From contig NC_057755.1 in NCBI RefSeq assembly GCF_004010195.1, positions 12,756,142 through 12,784,560 on the forward strand: 28,419 nucleotides of DNA, written 5' to 3'. Position 1 is the first letter of the stretch, and each line of letters opens with the position of its first letter. The stretch comes from Chiloscyllium plagiosum (taxonomy: Eukaryota). The notes beneath the pieces were generated by a model. The model was not told where the DNA came from. It saw only the letters and a program-made list of their open reading frames with translations, and did not search any database. Shown in pieces: positions 1-11,341 of the stretch. The position numbers and the translations under genes are program-made.

Positions 1-1120
1 GAGGACCTATAGTGTAATCTCATCAGAGTGAGTGCATCCTTCTTATTTTTGAGCTTGATCCATAATGGCTCAGTGGTTGAGCCCTCCAGTGTATCTTCTC
101 TAAGTGCAGATGTGACATTCTCCCTGAATAATAATGCAATTCCTCCACCTCTTTTATCTTCCTCTCTATCTCGTCTAAAACAACAAAACCCTGGAATGGT
201 GAGCAGCTAGTCCCGTCCCTCTTTCCACTACATCTCTGTAATGGTCACAACATCATAGTCCCATGTTACTGATCCAGGCTCTAAGTTAATCTGCCTTACC
301 TATGATACTCCTTGCATTGAAATAAACACATTCAGTTCATTAGTACCATTGTGTTCATCTACGTGTCTCTGCCTGTCCTTTCTTTCTGATTACTGGTACC
401 CTTATATGTACATTCCCCTCAATCTCTCCACTTGCTCACCTGCTGCTCTGGTTCCCAGGCCTCTGCCATTCTCATTTAAATCCGCACGAGTAGCACTTGT
501 GAATCTCCCTGTGAGGATGTTGACTCCCCTCCAGTATAGGTGCAACCTGTCCCTCTTGTACATGTCACCCCTGCCCCAGAAGAGGTCCCAATGATCCAAG
601 AACCTGAAACCCTGCCCCCTACACCAGCTCCTTAGCCACACATTCATCTGTCCTACCTTTCAATTCCTTCTCTCACTAGCACATGGCCCTGGTAGTAACC
701 CAAAGATTATTACTCTCAAGGTCCTGCTTTTCAACCTCTTTCCTAACTCCCTGTACTTACTCTGAAGGACCTCATCCCCTTTTTACCTATGTCGTTGGTA
801 CCAATGTCACAAAGACGTCTGGCTGCTCACCTTATGAATTTCGTGCAATGGCTCAGAGACGTCTCAAACGTGGGCAGTGAAGTGCCTGTCCATGCCCCTA
901 ATGAGCAAGTCTCCGACCACTATCACTCGCTTGGATTTTGCCCGACCCTGCTGTACAGCAGAGCCTATTGTAGTGCCATAGGCCTGGCTGTCGCTGATAT
1001 ACTCCCTTGATAGGCTATCCCCCCTCAACAGTATCCAAAATGATATACCTGTTAGAGAGGGGAATAACCACAGAAGACTCCTGTACTACCAGCCAGCCTC
1101 TCCTGCCAGTCACTCAGCTA
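1..1120 (-). mobile_element. CR1 LINE 5' part (ORF1 SGNH esterase and start of ORF2 endonuclease), decayed
   Basis: ORF 402-647(-) NVWLRSWCRGQGFRFLDHWDLFWGRGDMYKRDRLHLYWRG is the CR1 esterase C-terminus; CVYFNAR endonuclease start at ~312-330(-). Confidence 0.85.
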
Positions 1121-1124
1121 TTGC

Positions 1125-2240
1125 TGAGCAGCTGCTGTTGGGGACACTTTGTATCACTTTACTGATGATTGAAAGTAGACTAATGGGGCAATAATTGGCC
1201 AGGTTGGACCTGTCCTGCTTTTAATGTACAGAACATACCTGGGCAGTTTTCCTCATGGTTGGGTAGATGCCAGAGTTGTAACTGTACTGAAACAGTTTGG
1301 CTAGAGATACAGCAAGTTCTGGAGCACAAGTGTTCAGTACTAATGCTGGAATATTGTCAGGGCCCATAGCCCTTGCAGGAGAAAGTGAGGACTGCAGATA
1401 TTGGAGTTCAGAGTCGAAAAGTGTGATGCTGGAAAAGCACAGCCAGTCAGGCAGCATCCGAGGAGCAGGAGAGTCAATATTCTGCACATAAGCTCTTCAT
1501 CAGGAATGAGTTGGGTGAGAGCCAAGGAGCCTGTACTTCCACGCACATCATGTGCTGTGTCCGTTGCTCTCAGTGTGGTCACCTCTATATTGGGGAGACA
1601 GGATGCCAACTTGTGGAACATTTCAGAGAACATCTCTGGGACACACCCACCAAACAACCCCACCGCCCTGTGACCGAACACTTCAATGCCCCCTCCCACC
1701 CCACCAAGAACATGCAAGTTATTGGTCTCCTCCACCACTAAACTCTAACCACCCGACGCATGGAGAAAGAATGCCTCATTTTCTGCCTTGGCAATCACAC
1801 AGGATCAATGTTGATTTCATCAGTTTCCCCATTTTCCCCATGCCTTCACCTTATCCCAGATCCAACCCTCTCTGACCTATCACCATCACCGCCTACCTTC
1901 ACCTACCTATCGCATTCCCAGTTACCTTCCCCCTAACCCCACTCCCCTCCCATTTATCTTTCAGCCCCCTTGGGTACCCCCCTCCCCATTCCTGATGATG
2001 GGCTTACGGTCGAAACATCGACTCTCCTGCTTCTCAGATACTACCTGACCGGCTGTGCTTTTCCAATACCACAATTTCCAACCATAGTCTTTGCAGCCAC
2101 CAGTGCCTCCACCCATTTCTTGATATCATGTGGAGTGAATCAATATGGCTGAAGACTGGCATTTGTGATGCTGGCAATCACTGAAGGAAGCTGAGATAGA
2201 CTATCCATTTGGCATTTCTGGCTGAAGATTGTTGCGAATA
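1125..2240 (-). mobile_element. L2/CR1-clade LINE RT fragment interrupted by a Penelope-like element
   Basis: GPDNIPALVLNTCAPELAVSLAKLFQYSYNSGIYP (within ORF 1221-1487(-)); the host sequence resumes at 2082 after the TSD. Confidence 0.75.
1379..2081 (+). mobile_element. Penelope-like element (Neptune type, family 1), 5'-truncated, with inverted terminal pLTR copy
   Basis: GIY-YIG remnant CVRCSQCGHLYIGETG..FREHL..EHFN (1511-1741). Inverted terminus at 1379-1508 and sense terminus at ~1990-2081. TSD ccatagcccttgcag 1364-1378 / ccatagtctttgcag 2082-2096. Confidence 0.88.
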
Positions 2241-2459
2241 TCCCCAGTTGCCTGCATGAGACCAGCTACAAAAACACTCAAGAAGCTTGACAGCATCCAG
2301 GACAAAGCAGCCCACTTGATTGGCACCACATCCATAAGCACCCATTCCCTCCACCACTGATGCTCAGTAGCAGTAACACACTGCAGCAGTTCACCAAAGA
2401 CCTTAGATAGCACCTTCCAAACACTCGACCACTTCCATCTAGAAGCACAAGGGCACCAG

Positions 2460-2495
2460 ATCCTTAGGTCGCTGGTTCAATCCTGGCTTGAAGGA
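2460..2495 (+). pseudogene. tRNA-Tyr(GUA) 3'-half fragment
   Basis: atccttaggtcgctggttcaatcctggcttgaagga closely matches the vertebrate tRNA-Tyr 3' exon ATCCTTAGGTCGCTGGTTCGAATCCGGCTCGAAGGA (recalled); no 5' half and no CCA. Confidence 0.8.
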
Positions 2496-2508
2496 GTCAA
2501 AACGTCTT

Positions 2509-2843
2509 TGGGACAGCATGGTGGCTCAGTGGTTAGCACTGTTACCTCAAAGTGCCAGGGATCTGAGTTCAATTACACCCCTAGGCGAATGTTTATGTGC
2601 AGTTTGCACATTCTCCACGTTTCTTCTGGGTGCTCAGGTTTCCTCCCACAGTCCAAAGATATGAAGGTTAGGTGAATTGGCCATGCTAAATTGCCCATAG
2701 TGTGCAGGGATGTGCAGGCTAAGTGGTTTAACCACAGGAAATGCAGGGTTACAGGGATAGGGGATTGATCTGGGTGGCATGCCCTTCGGAGGGTCAGTGT
2801 GGACTCAACGGCCTGATGCCACACTATAGGGATTCAATGTTTC
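2509..2843 (+). mobile_element. HE1-like tRNA-derived V-SINE
   Basis: A box tggctcagtgg, B box gagttcaatt, central V domain gtttgcacattctcc...tttcctcccacagtccaaaga, CR1-like tail. Confidence 0.85.
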
Positions 2844-3020
2844 TAGATACATGGAAACACTACCACCTGCAAGTTCCCCTTCAAACCATTTCTGGGTGGC
2901 ATGCCCTTCGGAGGGTCAGTGTGGACTCAACGGTCAAATGGCCTGATGCCACACTATAGGGATTCAATGTTTCTAGATACATGGAAACACTACCACCTGC
3001 AAGTTCCCCTTCAAACCATT
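2769..3020 (+). repeat. Tandem duplication, units of 122 and 130 bp
   Basis: 2769-2890 and 2891-3020 appear identical except for an 8-nt indel (tcaaatgg). Confidence 0.9.
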
Positions 3021-3236
3021 CACCATCATGACTTGGAAATATATTGCCACTCCTTCACTGTGGCTGGTTCAAAATTCTACGTCCCTCCCTAACAGCACTG
3101 TGGATCTACCTACAGTATATGGACTGCAGTAATTCAAGAAGATAGTTCACCACTACTTTCTCAAGGGCAACTAAGGTTGGGCGATAAATGCTGTCCCAGC
3201 CAGCGATACCCACATCCTATGAGAGAATTAAAAAAG

Positions 3237-5612
3237 ACAGAGTAAAGATTTTGTGGTCAAGATCGGGACGTCTCCGATCGGGTGTATAAGATTCTGAAAG
3301 GGGAGGGCGAACAGCCAGAAATCGTGTTACATATTGGCACCAATGATATAGCCAGGAAAAGGATTGAGGATATAAAAAGTGATTTCAGGGAGTTAGGGTG
3401 GAAGCTGCAGAGCAGGACGAACAGAGTAGTGTTCTCGGGTTTACTACCGGTGCGAAGCGAGGAACAGGGAGCGGGTGCAGCTTAACAGGTGGCTGCGCAG
3501 CTGGAGTAGGAGGGAGAGCTTCAGATATGTAGATAATTGGGATGCCTTCTGGGGAAGGTGGGTCCTGTACAAGAAGGACGGGTTGCACCTGAACTGGAAG
3601 GGGACCAATGTCCTGGGTGGAAGGTTTGCTCGAGTGGTTCAGGAGGGTTTAAACTAGTATCGCAGGGGGATGGGAACCTGAACTATATACCAGTGTGAGA
3701 GTTGATGCAGATGAGGCAATAGCAAGAGGTAGCGCAGCCAGTGGGAAGGAATTTCCTGGGAAAGAACCAAGGGATCGGTTAAAGTGTGTTTGTTTTAATG
3801 CAAGGAGTATCAGGAATAAAAGTAATGAGCTTAGAGCATGGATCAGTACCTGGTGCTATGATGTTGTGGCCATAACAGAGATGTGGATTTCTCAGGGGCA
3901 GGAATGGTTGCTGGATGTTCCAGAGTTTAGACCATTTAAAAAGAATAGGGAGGGGAGAAAAAGAGGAGGGGGTGTAGCACTGCTAATCAGAGAGGGTATC
4001 ACAGCTACAGAAGTTACCATTGTCAGGGAGGGTCTGCCTATTGAGTCAGTATGGGTGGANNNNNNNNNNNNNNNNNNNNNNNNNNNNNNNNNNNNNNNNN
4101 NNNNNNNNNNNNNNNNNNNNNNNNNNNNNNNNNNNNNNNNNNNNNNNNNNNNNNNNNNNNNNNNNNNNNNNNNNNNNNNNNNNNNNNNNNNNNNNNNNNN
4201 NNNNNNNNNNNNNNNNNNNNNNNNNNNNNNNNNNNNNNNNNNNNNNNNNNNNNNNNNNNNNNNNNNNNNNNNNNNNNNNNNNNNNNNNNNNNNNNNNNNN
4301 NNNNNNNNNNNNNNNNNNNNNNNNNNNNNNNNNNNNNNNNNNNNNNNNNNNNNNNNNNNNNNNNNNNNNNNNNNNNNNNNNNNNNNNNNNNNNNNNNNNN
4401 NNNNNNNNNNNNNNNNNNNNNNNNNNNNNNNNNNNNNNNNNNNNNNNNNNNNNNNNNNNNNNNNNNNNNNNNNNNNNNNNNNNNNNNNNNNNNNNNNNNN
4501 NNNNNNNNNNNNNNNNNNNNNNNNNNNNNNNNNNNNNNNNNNNNNNNNNNNNNNNNNNNCTCCTGCATCTATTGTCTACTGTCTATTGTCTATTAAGTCA
4601 GTGGTGAGTGGTGTTCCACAGGGCTCTGTCCTTGGGACTCTACTGTTTGTAATTTTTATTAATGACTTGGATGAGGAGATTGAAGGATGGGTTAGCAAGA
4701 TTGCAGATGACACAAAGGTTGGAGGTGTCAAAGGTTGACAGTATTGAGGACTGTTGTAGGCTGCAGCGTGGCATTGACAGGATGTAGACATGGGTTGAGA
4801 GGTGGCAGATGGAGTTTAACCTGGATAAGTGCAAAGTGATGCATGTTGGAAGGTCGAACTTGAAAGTTGAGTACAGGATTAAAGACAGGATTCTTGGCAG
4901 TGTGGAGGAACAGCTGGATCTTGGTGTGCAGGTATATAGATCCCTTAAAATTGCCACCCAAGTGGACAGGGTTGTGAAGAAAGCATATGGTGTTTTGGCT
5001 TTCATTAACAGGGGGATTGAGTTTAAGAGCCGTGAGATCTTGTTGCAGCTCTATAAAACTTTGGTTAGACCGCATTTGGAATACTGTGTCCAGTTCTGGT
5101 CGCCCTATTATAGGAAAGATGTGGATGCTTTGGAGAGGGTTCAGAGGAGGTTTACCCCGATGTTGCCTGGAATGGAGGGCTTATCTTACGAAGAGAGGTT
5201 GACTGAGCTCGGACCTTTTTCTTTGGAAAAAAGAAGGAAGAGAGGGGACCAAATTGAGGTGTACAAGATAATGAGAGGCATAGATAGAGTTGATAGCCAG
5301 AGACCTTTTCCCAGGGCAGAAATTGGTAACACGAGGAGTCATAGTTTTATGCTGTTTGGCGGAAAGTATAGAGGGGATGTCAAAGGCGGGTTCTTTACGC
5401 AGAGAGTTGTGAGAGCATGGAATGCGTTGCCAGCAGCAGTTGTGGAAGCAAGGTCATTGCGGATATTTAATAGACTGTTGGACTTGCATACGGTCACAGA
5501 AATTTGAGGGTTTGTACATTAGGTTTACCTTACATGAGGATCAATGGTTGGCACAACATTGTGGGCTGAAGGGCCTGTTCTGTGCTGTACTGTTCTATGT
5601 TTTATGTTCTAA
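3237..5612 (+). mobile_element. CR1 LINE (ORF1 esterase, ORF2 endonuclease, gap, RT and 3' UTR)
   Basis: IVLHIGTNDI and DGLHLN esterase motifs; CFNARSIRNK..DVVAITE endonuclease; [10 protein letters not shown] and KIADDTK RT motifs; ORF 4809-5507; ttcta-repeat 3' terminus. Continuity across the gap is assumed. Confidence 0.9.
4060..4559. other. Assembly gap (500 N)
   Basis: Run of n. Confidence 1.
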
Positions 5613-6917
5613 ATCCACTGTGAAATAGATCAACTACACAAAGTCTCAATAGGTTCTGGAATTGCTTACCAAAACAGAGTCCATGCTACCTGGAATAATT
5701 TATCAGTGCAATGTTAATCCCGATTAGAATAGAATGTGATCACAGCGAATCCCGGCACGCAGTCCGTCCCATCAAGAATGGATTACCAACACAAGGTGGA
5801 ATCTTCCCATAATTGAGCTAAATGTCATTTTCAGCGAGTTTCATGGAGGGTTTCCATGACCGTGGGGTGCCATGGTTAAACTCCAGTTGTGCACTAATTC
5901 AAACATGGCAAACCAAGAACAACCATTCCATATTTGTTGGAAAACATTACCAAAGGAGATGTTTGAGAAAGGGAAGCTGAAACCCTGCTTTTGTTTTCAG
6001 TGCCTGAAGATGGCTGTGGAGAGGACAGCCATCCTTTTCCCTGAGGACTAGTCTGGCTGGAGAAAGCCATCAAAGTGAATACCATTTCCATGAACTGGAG
6101 GAGTGCACAGCACTTCCCTTGCAGCTCTGCATTTCCAGTCTTACCTGTCTGTTGAACTGATCTTTTAGCTGCAGAATCAGGAGATGTGGATATCATGACT
6201 GAGTTTAACAGCCTCTTCATACATCCGAAGAAGAATAGATGTTCTACAGGTGAGATGTTGATTCAATTCTTACATTCATGAGTGAGTATTTTAGTAAGGA
6301 GACTTCAGGTTATAAAGTTAATATCTTTATGCCTTGCGTTCTTGTTTCACACTTATCTGTATAAAAGTTCATTCATGAAGGCACACTACTCTGGGGCAAA
6401 GGTTCATTTAAACTATTCAAACGTAGCTGATGCACAATATCCCCTGCACTAACTAAACTCTGCTCCACACTGCATTTTTCTGGTTACAGAAGAATTTTTA
6501 AGCGCTAACTGAAATTCAGGTGTTGTGGTAAAGTCAACTGAAGCCTTGCGTATTCTTTTAGCGGCATATATGAATTTGCAAGCACTGAAAATTGAGTAAT
6601 GATGGGTGGATAGAAGAATCTGCATCAGGATACCTCTTCAACAGATCATGGCCATGCAGGACTCACTGCACAGCTCTCAAATCTGCAATTATTATGGATG
6701 TCTCAGAAGCGATTTTACTTAGTGCCAGATGATGTTCAAATCATGTATGAATGAGTGCTAACCTTTCTCTAATGTCCAGACAATGTCTTTCTGCAAAGTG
6801 GGACCAGCCTTCAAACAGTTGATAACAGCAACAGTTATTGCACAATAAAAGAGGCAAAGACAGAATTAACAGAGAAACTGCATTTGCTTTTGCACATCAC
6901 AAGGGCTGCTTACCTTT

Positions 6918-8215
6918 ATAGAACATAGAACCTAGAACAGTACAGCACAGGAACAGGTCCTTCAGCCCACCATATCTGTGCCGAACATAATACTATTCTA
7001 AACTAATCCCATCTGTGTGATACATGATCTGTTTTCTGCCTATTCAATGTTGGTATTCTATCTGCTTATACTATCTCCCCAGCAATGTGATCCGGGCACC
7101 TATCATCATCTGTGTAAAAACCTTTCTTTGCACAAATCCTTTAAATTTCCCCCCCCCCCCCCCCCCCTCACTTCAAACCCACGCCCTTGAATATTTGATA
7201 ATTCCACCCTTGGAAAAAGACTCTGACTATCCATCTTCTCCACGCCCCACATAATTTTATATACTTCTATCAGGGCATCCCTCAGCCTCTGACACTATAG
7301 CGAAAATAATCAAGGTTTGTCCAACCTCTACTTATAGCTAATACACTCCAATCCAGACAACATCCTGGTAAACCTCTTTTACACCCTCTCCAAAACCCCC
7401 ACACCTTTCCTATAGTATGGCAACCAGAACTTCACACAATACTCCAAATGTGGCCTAACTAAAGTTCTATATAGCTACAACATGACTCTCCAACTTTTAT
7501 ACTCAATTCCCGAACAATGGAAGCAAGCATGCTGTATCCTTTCTTTATCATCTTATACACTTGTGTTGCTCCTTTGAGGGAGCTATGGGCTTGCATCCCA
7601 AGATCCCTCATATATCAATGCCTCTAAGGGTTCTGCCATTTACTGTACACTTCCCTCTTTCAGTTGACCTCCCAAAATGCAACATTGTAACCTCTCCAGA
7701 TCAAAATCCATCTGCCATTTTTCTGCCCAACTTTCAAACTGGTCTTTATCCTGCTGTATCCTTCGAAATCCTTCCTCATCATTGCCAACTCCATCAATTT
7801 TTGTGTCATCTGCAAACTTACTAATCAAACTTACTGATTCCTGATGAAGGACTTTTGTGCGAAACACCGACTCTCCTGCTCCTTGGATACTGCCTGACCT
7901 GCTGTGTTTTTCCAGTACTACACTGTCGACTCTAATCTCCAGCATCTGTAGTCCTCACTTTTGCCTAAAGTTACTAATCAGACCACCTACATTTTCATCC
8001 AAATCATTTACATATATGACAAACAGAGGTCCTAGTACTGATCCTTGTAGAGTACCACTGGTCACAGAACTCCAGTCAAAAAAACACCACTTGAGAAACA
8101 TCCTGTCTTCGGTCAAGCCAATTTTGTATCTAACTTACTACTCACTGTGGATTCCATGTGACTTAGTCTTCTGGACCAGCGATCATAAGGGACTTTGTCA
8201 AATGCTTTAGTAAGC
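6918..8215 (-). mobile_element. CR1 LINE 3' part with nested PLE terminus
   Basis: (atagaac)n 3' tail at ~6918-6940; SKFADDTKI..WQMDF in ORF 7640-7945(-). Confidence 0.85.
7838..7966 (+). mobile_element. PLE family-1 terminal mini-insertion with hammerhead core
   Basis: CTGATGA 7841-7847, GAAA 7861-7864, family-1 3' end; flanked by aaacttactaatca / aaagttactaatca. Confidence 0.85.
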
Positions 8216-8424
8216 AAATGATTTTGATATGACACAAAATCCACATTCAATCAACAATGTGCACACCTAACTCATTATCTCGTGAGGGTTTGTATCAATT
8301 AAGTTCTGTCTGGCTTGTTGTGACTGATGCTGTATCACTCTAACATAGTGGAAGTGACATCCCCCCTGCTCAATGTTGTTACTTTTCTCCTGAGAAGACT
8401 TCTGCTTCTGGTGGTATGCCCATG

Positions 8425-8820
8425 GTATCTGCTGCTTTTGTCCTTCTAGGTGGAAGTGGCTGTGGCTTTGCAACACCTGTGGCAGATGTTTGGTGAATTT
8501 CTGCTGTGCATCTTGCAGATAGTACACACTGCTGCGACTGAACGTCAGTAGTGGAGGGAATGGATGTTTGTGAACATGGTACCAATGAAGTCAGCTGTTG
8601 TGTCCTGGATGGTGTCAAGTTTCTTGAGTATTGTTGGAGCTGCACCCATCCAAGCAAGTGTAGAGTATTCCATTACACTCCTGATTTGTACAGTCCTTGT
8701 GGAGTCAAGAGGTGAGTTACTTGTCACAGTGTTCCTAGTCTCTGAACTGCCCTCATAGCCAATGTATTTAAATAGTGAGTCTAGTTCAGCTGGTCAATGA
8801 TATTCCCCAGGATGTTCATA
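8425..8820 (-). mobile_element. L2/CR1-clade LINE RT C-terminal fragment
   Basis: QIRSVMEYSTLAWMGAAPTILKKLDTIQD (ORF 8545-8727(-)); same family as 2243-3236. Confidence 0.8.
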
Positions 8821-9007
8821 AGGATATAGCACAATGTTGTAAGATATATCATACATTCTAAATGTATAACATACAATCTATCCAGCACCTTTAGTACCGA
8901 TACTGGTTTTTGTAGAAGCATCCAGTAGGGTGATGGTAGACTGTCAAGGATCATTATCAGAAAATGAAAGCACATCACCAGTGCATCCTTACCATTATGG
9001 ATATGAC

Positions 9008-9212
9008 CTGAAAATGTGTTCATGGAAAGGCGCAGCAGGTCAGGCAGCATCCAAGGAGCAGGAGAATCAATGTTTCGGGCATGAGCCCTTCCTGAAGAAG
9101 GGCTCATGCCCGAAGCGCTTCACAGGAGGCTCCCAAGCACTGAGGATGTCACCTAGACAGGGGACGAAATGTCTGCAAGACAAATGCCCAGCTCAGCGAA
9201 CAGAACCACAAC
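9008..9212. mobile_element. Chimeric PLE junction: family-1 half (9008-9114) fused to family-2 half (9112-9212); left inversion breakpoint
   Basis: Family-1 terminus with an 18-bp inverted repeat, followed by sequence nearly identical to ~11202-11306. Confidence 0.85.
9135..9178 (+). ncRNA. Minimal type-I hammerhead ribozyme motif (PLE family 2)
   Basis: gca-CTGAGGA-t-[gtcacct agac aggggac]-GAAA-t-GTC-tgc; 3-bp stem I; one probable CpG-decay change. Confidence 0.6.
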
Positions 9213-9370
9213 AACATTCAGGGATGTTTGACCTTTTAGAAAGATAGGAGGCATGGAAAGGTGATGGGGTAGCACTATTAATAAGAGATGAAATGAAGAC
9301 TGTTGTGAGAGATAAGCTAGGATTGGATGATGCTGATCTATTTGGGTGAAAGTAAAAAGCAGAAAATGAA
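9213..9370 (+). mobile_element. CR1 endonuclease fragment (continuation of 11342-11600(-), displaced by inversion)
   Basis: NIQG..FRKDR..GKGDGVALLIRD remnant. Confidence 0.75.
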
Positions 9371-9429
9371 TGAAGATATTGATCGAAAAAAAAATACTCC
9401 TTTTAACAACTCTTTCAACTTGCGTGGAA

Positions 9430-9938
9430 CTTGTTGTTGTGAAACTTGAAAGGGTTCAGAAAAAATTTACAAGGATGTTGCCAGGGTTGGAGAATTTGAG
9501 CTATAGGGAGAGGCTGAACAGGCTAGGGCTGTTTTCCCTGGAGCGTCGGAGGCTGAGGGGTGACCTTTTAGAGGTTTATAAAATCATGAGGGGTATGGAT
9601 AGGATAACTAGACAAAGTTTTTTCCCTGGGGTGGGAGAGTCCAGAACTAGAGGGCATATGTTTAGGGTGAGAGGGGAAAGATATAAAAGAGACCTTAAGG
9701 GGCAACTTTTTCACACAGAGGGTGGTACATGTATGGAATGAGCTGCCAGAGGTAGTGGTGAAGGCTGGTACAATTGCAACATTTAAAAGGCATCTGGATG
9801 GATATATGAATAGGAAGGGTTTGGAGGGATATGGACCAGGTGCTGGCAGGTGGAACTAGATTTTGTTGGAATATCTGGTCAGCATGGACAAGTTGGACCG
9901 AAAGGTCTGTTTTTTGCTGTACATCTTTATGACTCTAT
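9430..9938 (+). mobile_element. CR1 LINE 3' end
   Basis: [42 protein letters not shown]; tail ctttatgactctat. Confidence 0.9.
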
Positions 9939-10082
9939 ATTAACATGGTATAACTGATCTTTCTTCCTTTGATATAGAGTGTCCATCAGATAATTCACTT
10001 CACTGACCTTCTTAATTACCTTATATAGACCACTGAATCTTGTCTTCAGATTTTCCTCCTGTAAAGGTAACAATACTAACAG
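9939..10082 (-). mobile_element. Gypsy LTR-retrotransposon integrase C-terminal (GPY/F) fragment
   Basis: LVLLPLQEENLKTRFSGLYKVIKKVSEVNYLMDT...YHVN resembles the consensus VLLP....L.ARF.GPY.I....SEVNY.....HVN. Confidence 0.7.
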
Positions 10083-10375
10083 GTCACAGTCTAAGGATAC
10101 AGGATAGGCCATTCAGGACTGAGTTGAAGTTTCTTCATCCAGAAAGTGGTGAGCCTGTGGAATTCTCTACCACAGAAAGCAGTTGAGGCCAAAACATTGA
10201 ATGTTTTCAAGAAGGAGTTAATATAGTTCTTAGGGCTAAAAGGATCAAAGGGTATGGGGAAAAAGTGGGGACAGGGTACTGGGCTGGATGATCAGCCATG
10301 ATAATATTGAATGACACAGCAGACACAAAGTGTCGAATTACCTACTCCTGCTCCTGTTTTCTATGTTTCTATGCT
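10082..10375 (+). mobile_element. CR1 LINE 3' end
   Basis: VVSLWNSLPQKAVEA remnant and ttctatgtttctatg tail. Confidence 0.8.
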
Positions 10376-10977
10376 TAACCCCACATCTCTGGCTTGAAAT
10401 GTTCTGCTATCTGCATCCCTACTTGCCCATTCTTTCATCTCTGCCTGTGAAGTTTTTAAAAATTCCTGTCTTCTTTGTAAACTCCTGCCAGTCTCTCTAG
10501 AAACACAGACAAATGATCTAACATTCATCTTCCTGTTCTAAAAGCTTATTATGAACCTCTTATCTCATGACCATAAATTAATTTGAATGGATTGAACCCC
10601 GTAGATTCATTTGCCAAATCACTGGTAGCAAATAACAGAAAAACTGACCTTTGCCCTATTCAAAGGAATCTTCATGACAATGTGCTTTCATCATTGTCTT
10701 GAGAATCTGATTGCGTATCTTTAACGCCTTCCCTGTGTTTGTCGATGATATGCTATAGATGTTAACTATTTTCTTTCCAAGTTAGTCAATATATCTTGAA
10801 AAAAAAGTTAGATACAGATTTGGACCCTTGATCTGACTGCATTTCATAATACATAATAATCTGACTGATAGTTCATATTAAGTAAAAACAATTGAGTAGT
10901 TTTATTCATCACTACTGTAGCTGTGATTGCCCTCAAATGGATGGCCTTTTAGAACCAAGGTGTCATATCCATAATGG

Positions 10978-11341
10978 AGGAGAAAGTGAGGACTGCAGAT
11001 GCTGAAGATCAGAGCTGAAAATGTGTACAAGCCAAACACAGAACAGCCAGGGAATTCCTAGAGGCATGGCACTCATCCACAGATTCAATCAAGAAGCACA
11101 TCGACCTGGACCCAATATACCGGCCACTGCAGCGGACAGCTGGAACTGACAACCGGAAGCGGCAGATACAAATCACTATAAATGCCGGAGGAAACATCAC
11201 AGAAGCGCTTCACAGGAGACTCCCAAGCACTGAGGGTGTCACCTAGACAGGGGACAAAACATCTGCAACACAAATGCCCAGCTTGGCGAATAGAACCACA
11301 ACAACGAGCACCCAAGCTACAAATCTTTTCACAAACTTTGA
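10978..11341. mobile_element. Chimeric PLE junction: family-1 terminus (10978-11026) fused to Poseidon-type family-2 3' end (11027-11341); right inversion breakpoint
   Basis: QAKHRTAREFLEAWHSSTDSIKKHIDLDPIY endonuclease C-terminus; degenerate hammerhead core at 11230-11259. Confidence 0.85.

Larger units (their letters stand above)
2243..3236 (+). mobile_element. L2/CR1-clade LINE 3' end (SacSINE1-type tail), interrupted by a tRNA/SINE insertion
   Basis: TLKKLDSIQDKAAHLIG coding remnant; tail ctcaagggcaactaagg...ataaatgctg...cccacatcc...aaaaaa, shared with 14420-14530. Confidence 0.75.

Noticed and set aside
2460..2495. Functional tRNA gene
   Set aside because: Only the 3' half is present; SINE heads elsewhere are likewise not tRNA genes.
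3695..4738. Long ORFs of 176-347 aa
   Set aside because: Artefacts of reading through the 500-N gap; the flanks are CR1 ORF2.
4809..5507. 232-aa ORF as a host gene
   Set aside because: It is the CR1 ORF2 C-terminus, with upstream frameshifts and stops.
5894..6220. 108-aa minus-strand ORF as the receptor's last exon
   Set aside because: No RFRxGF/helix-8 or other tachykinin receptor motif; no recognisable homology.
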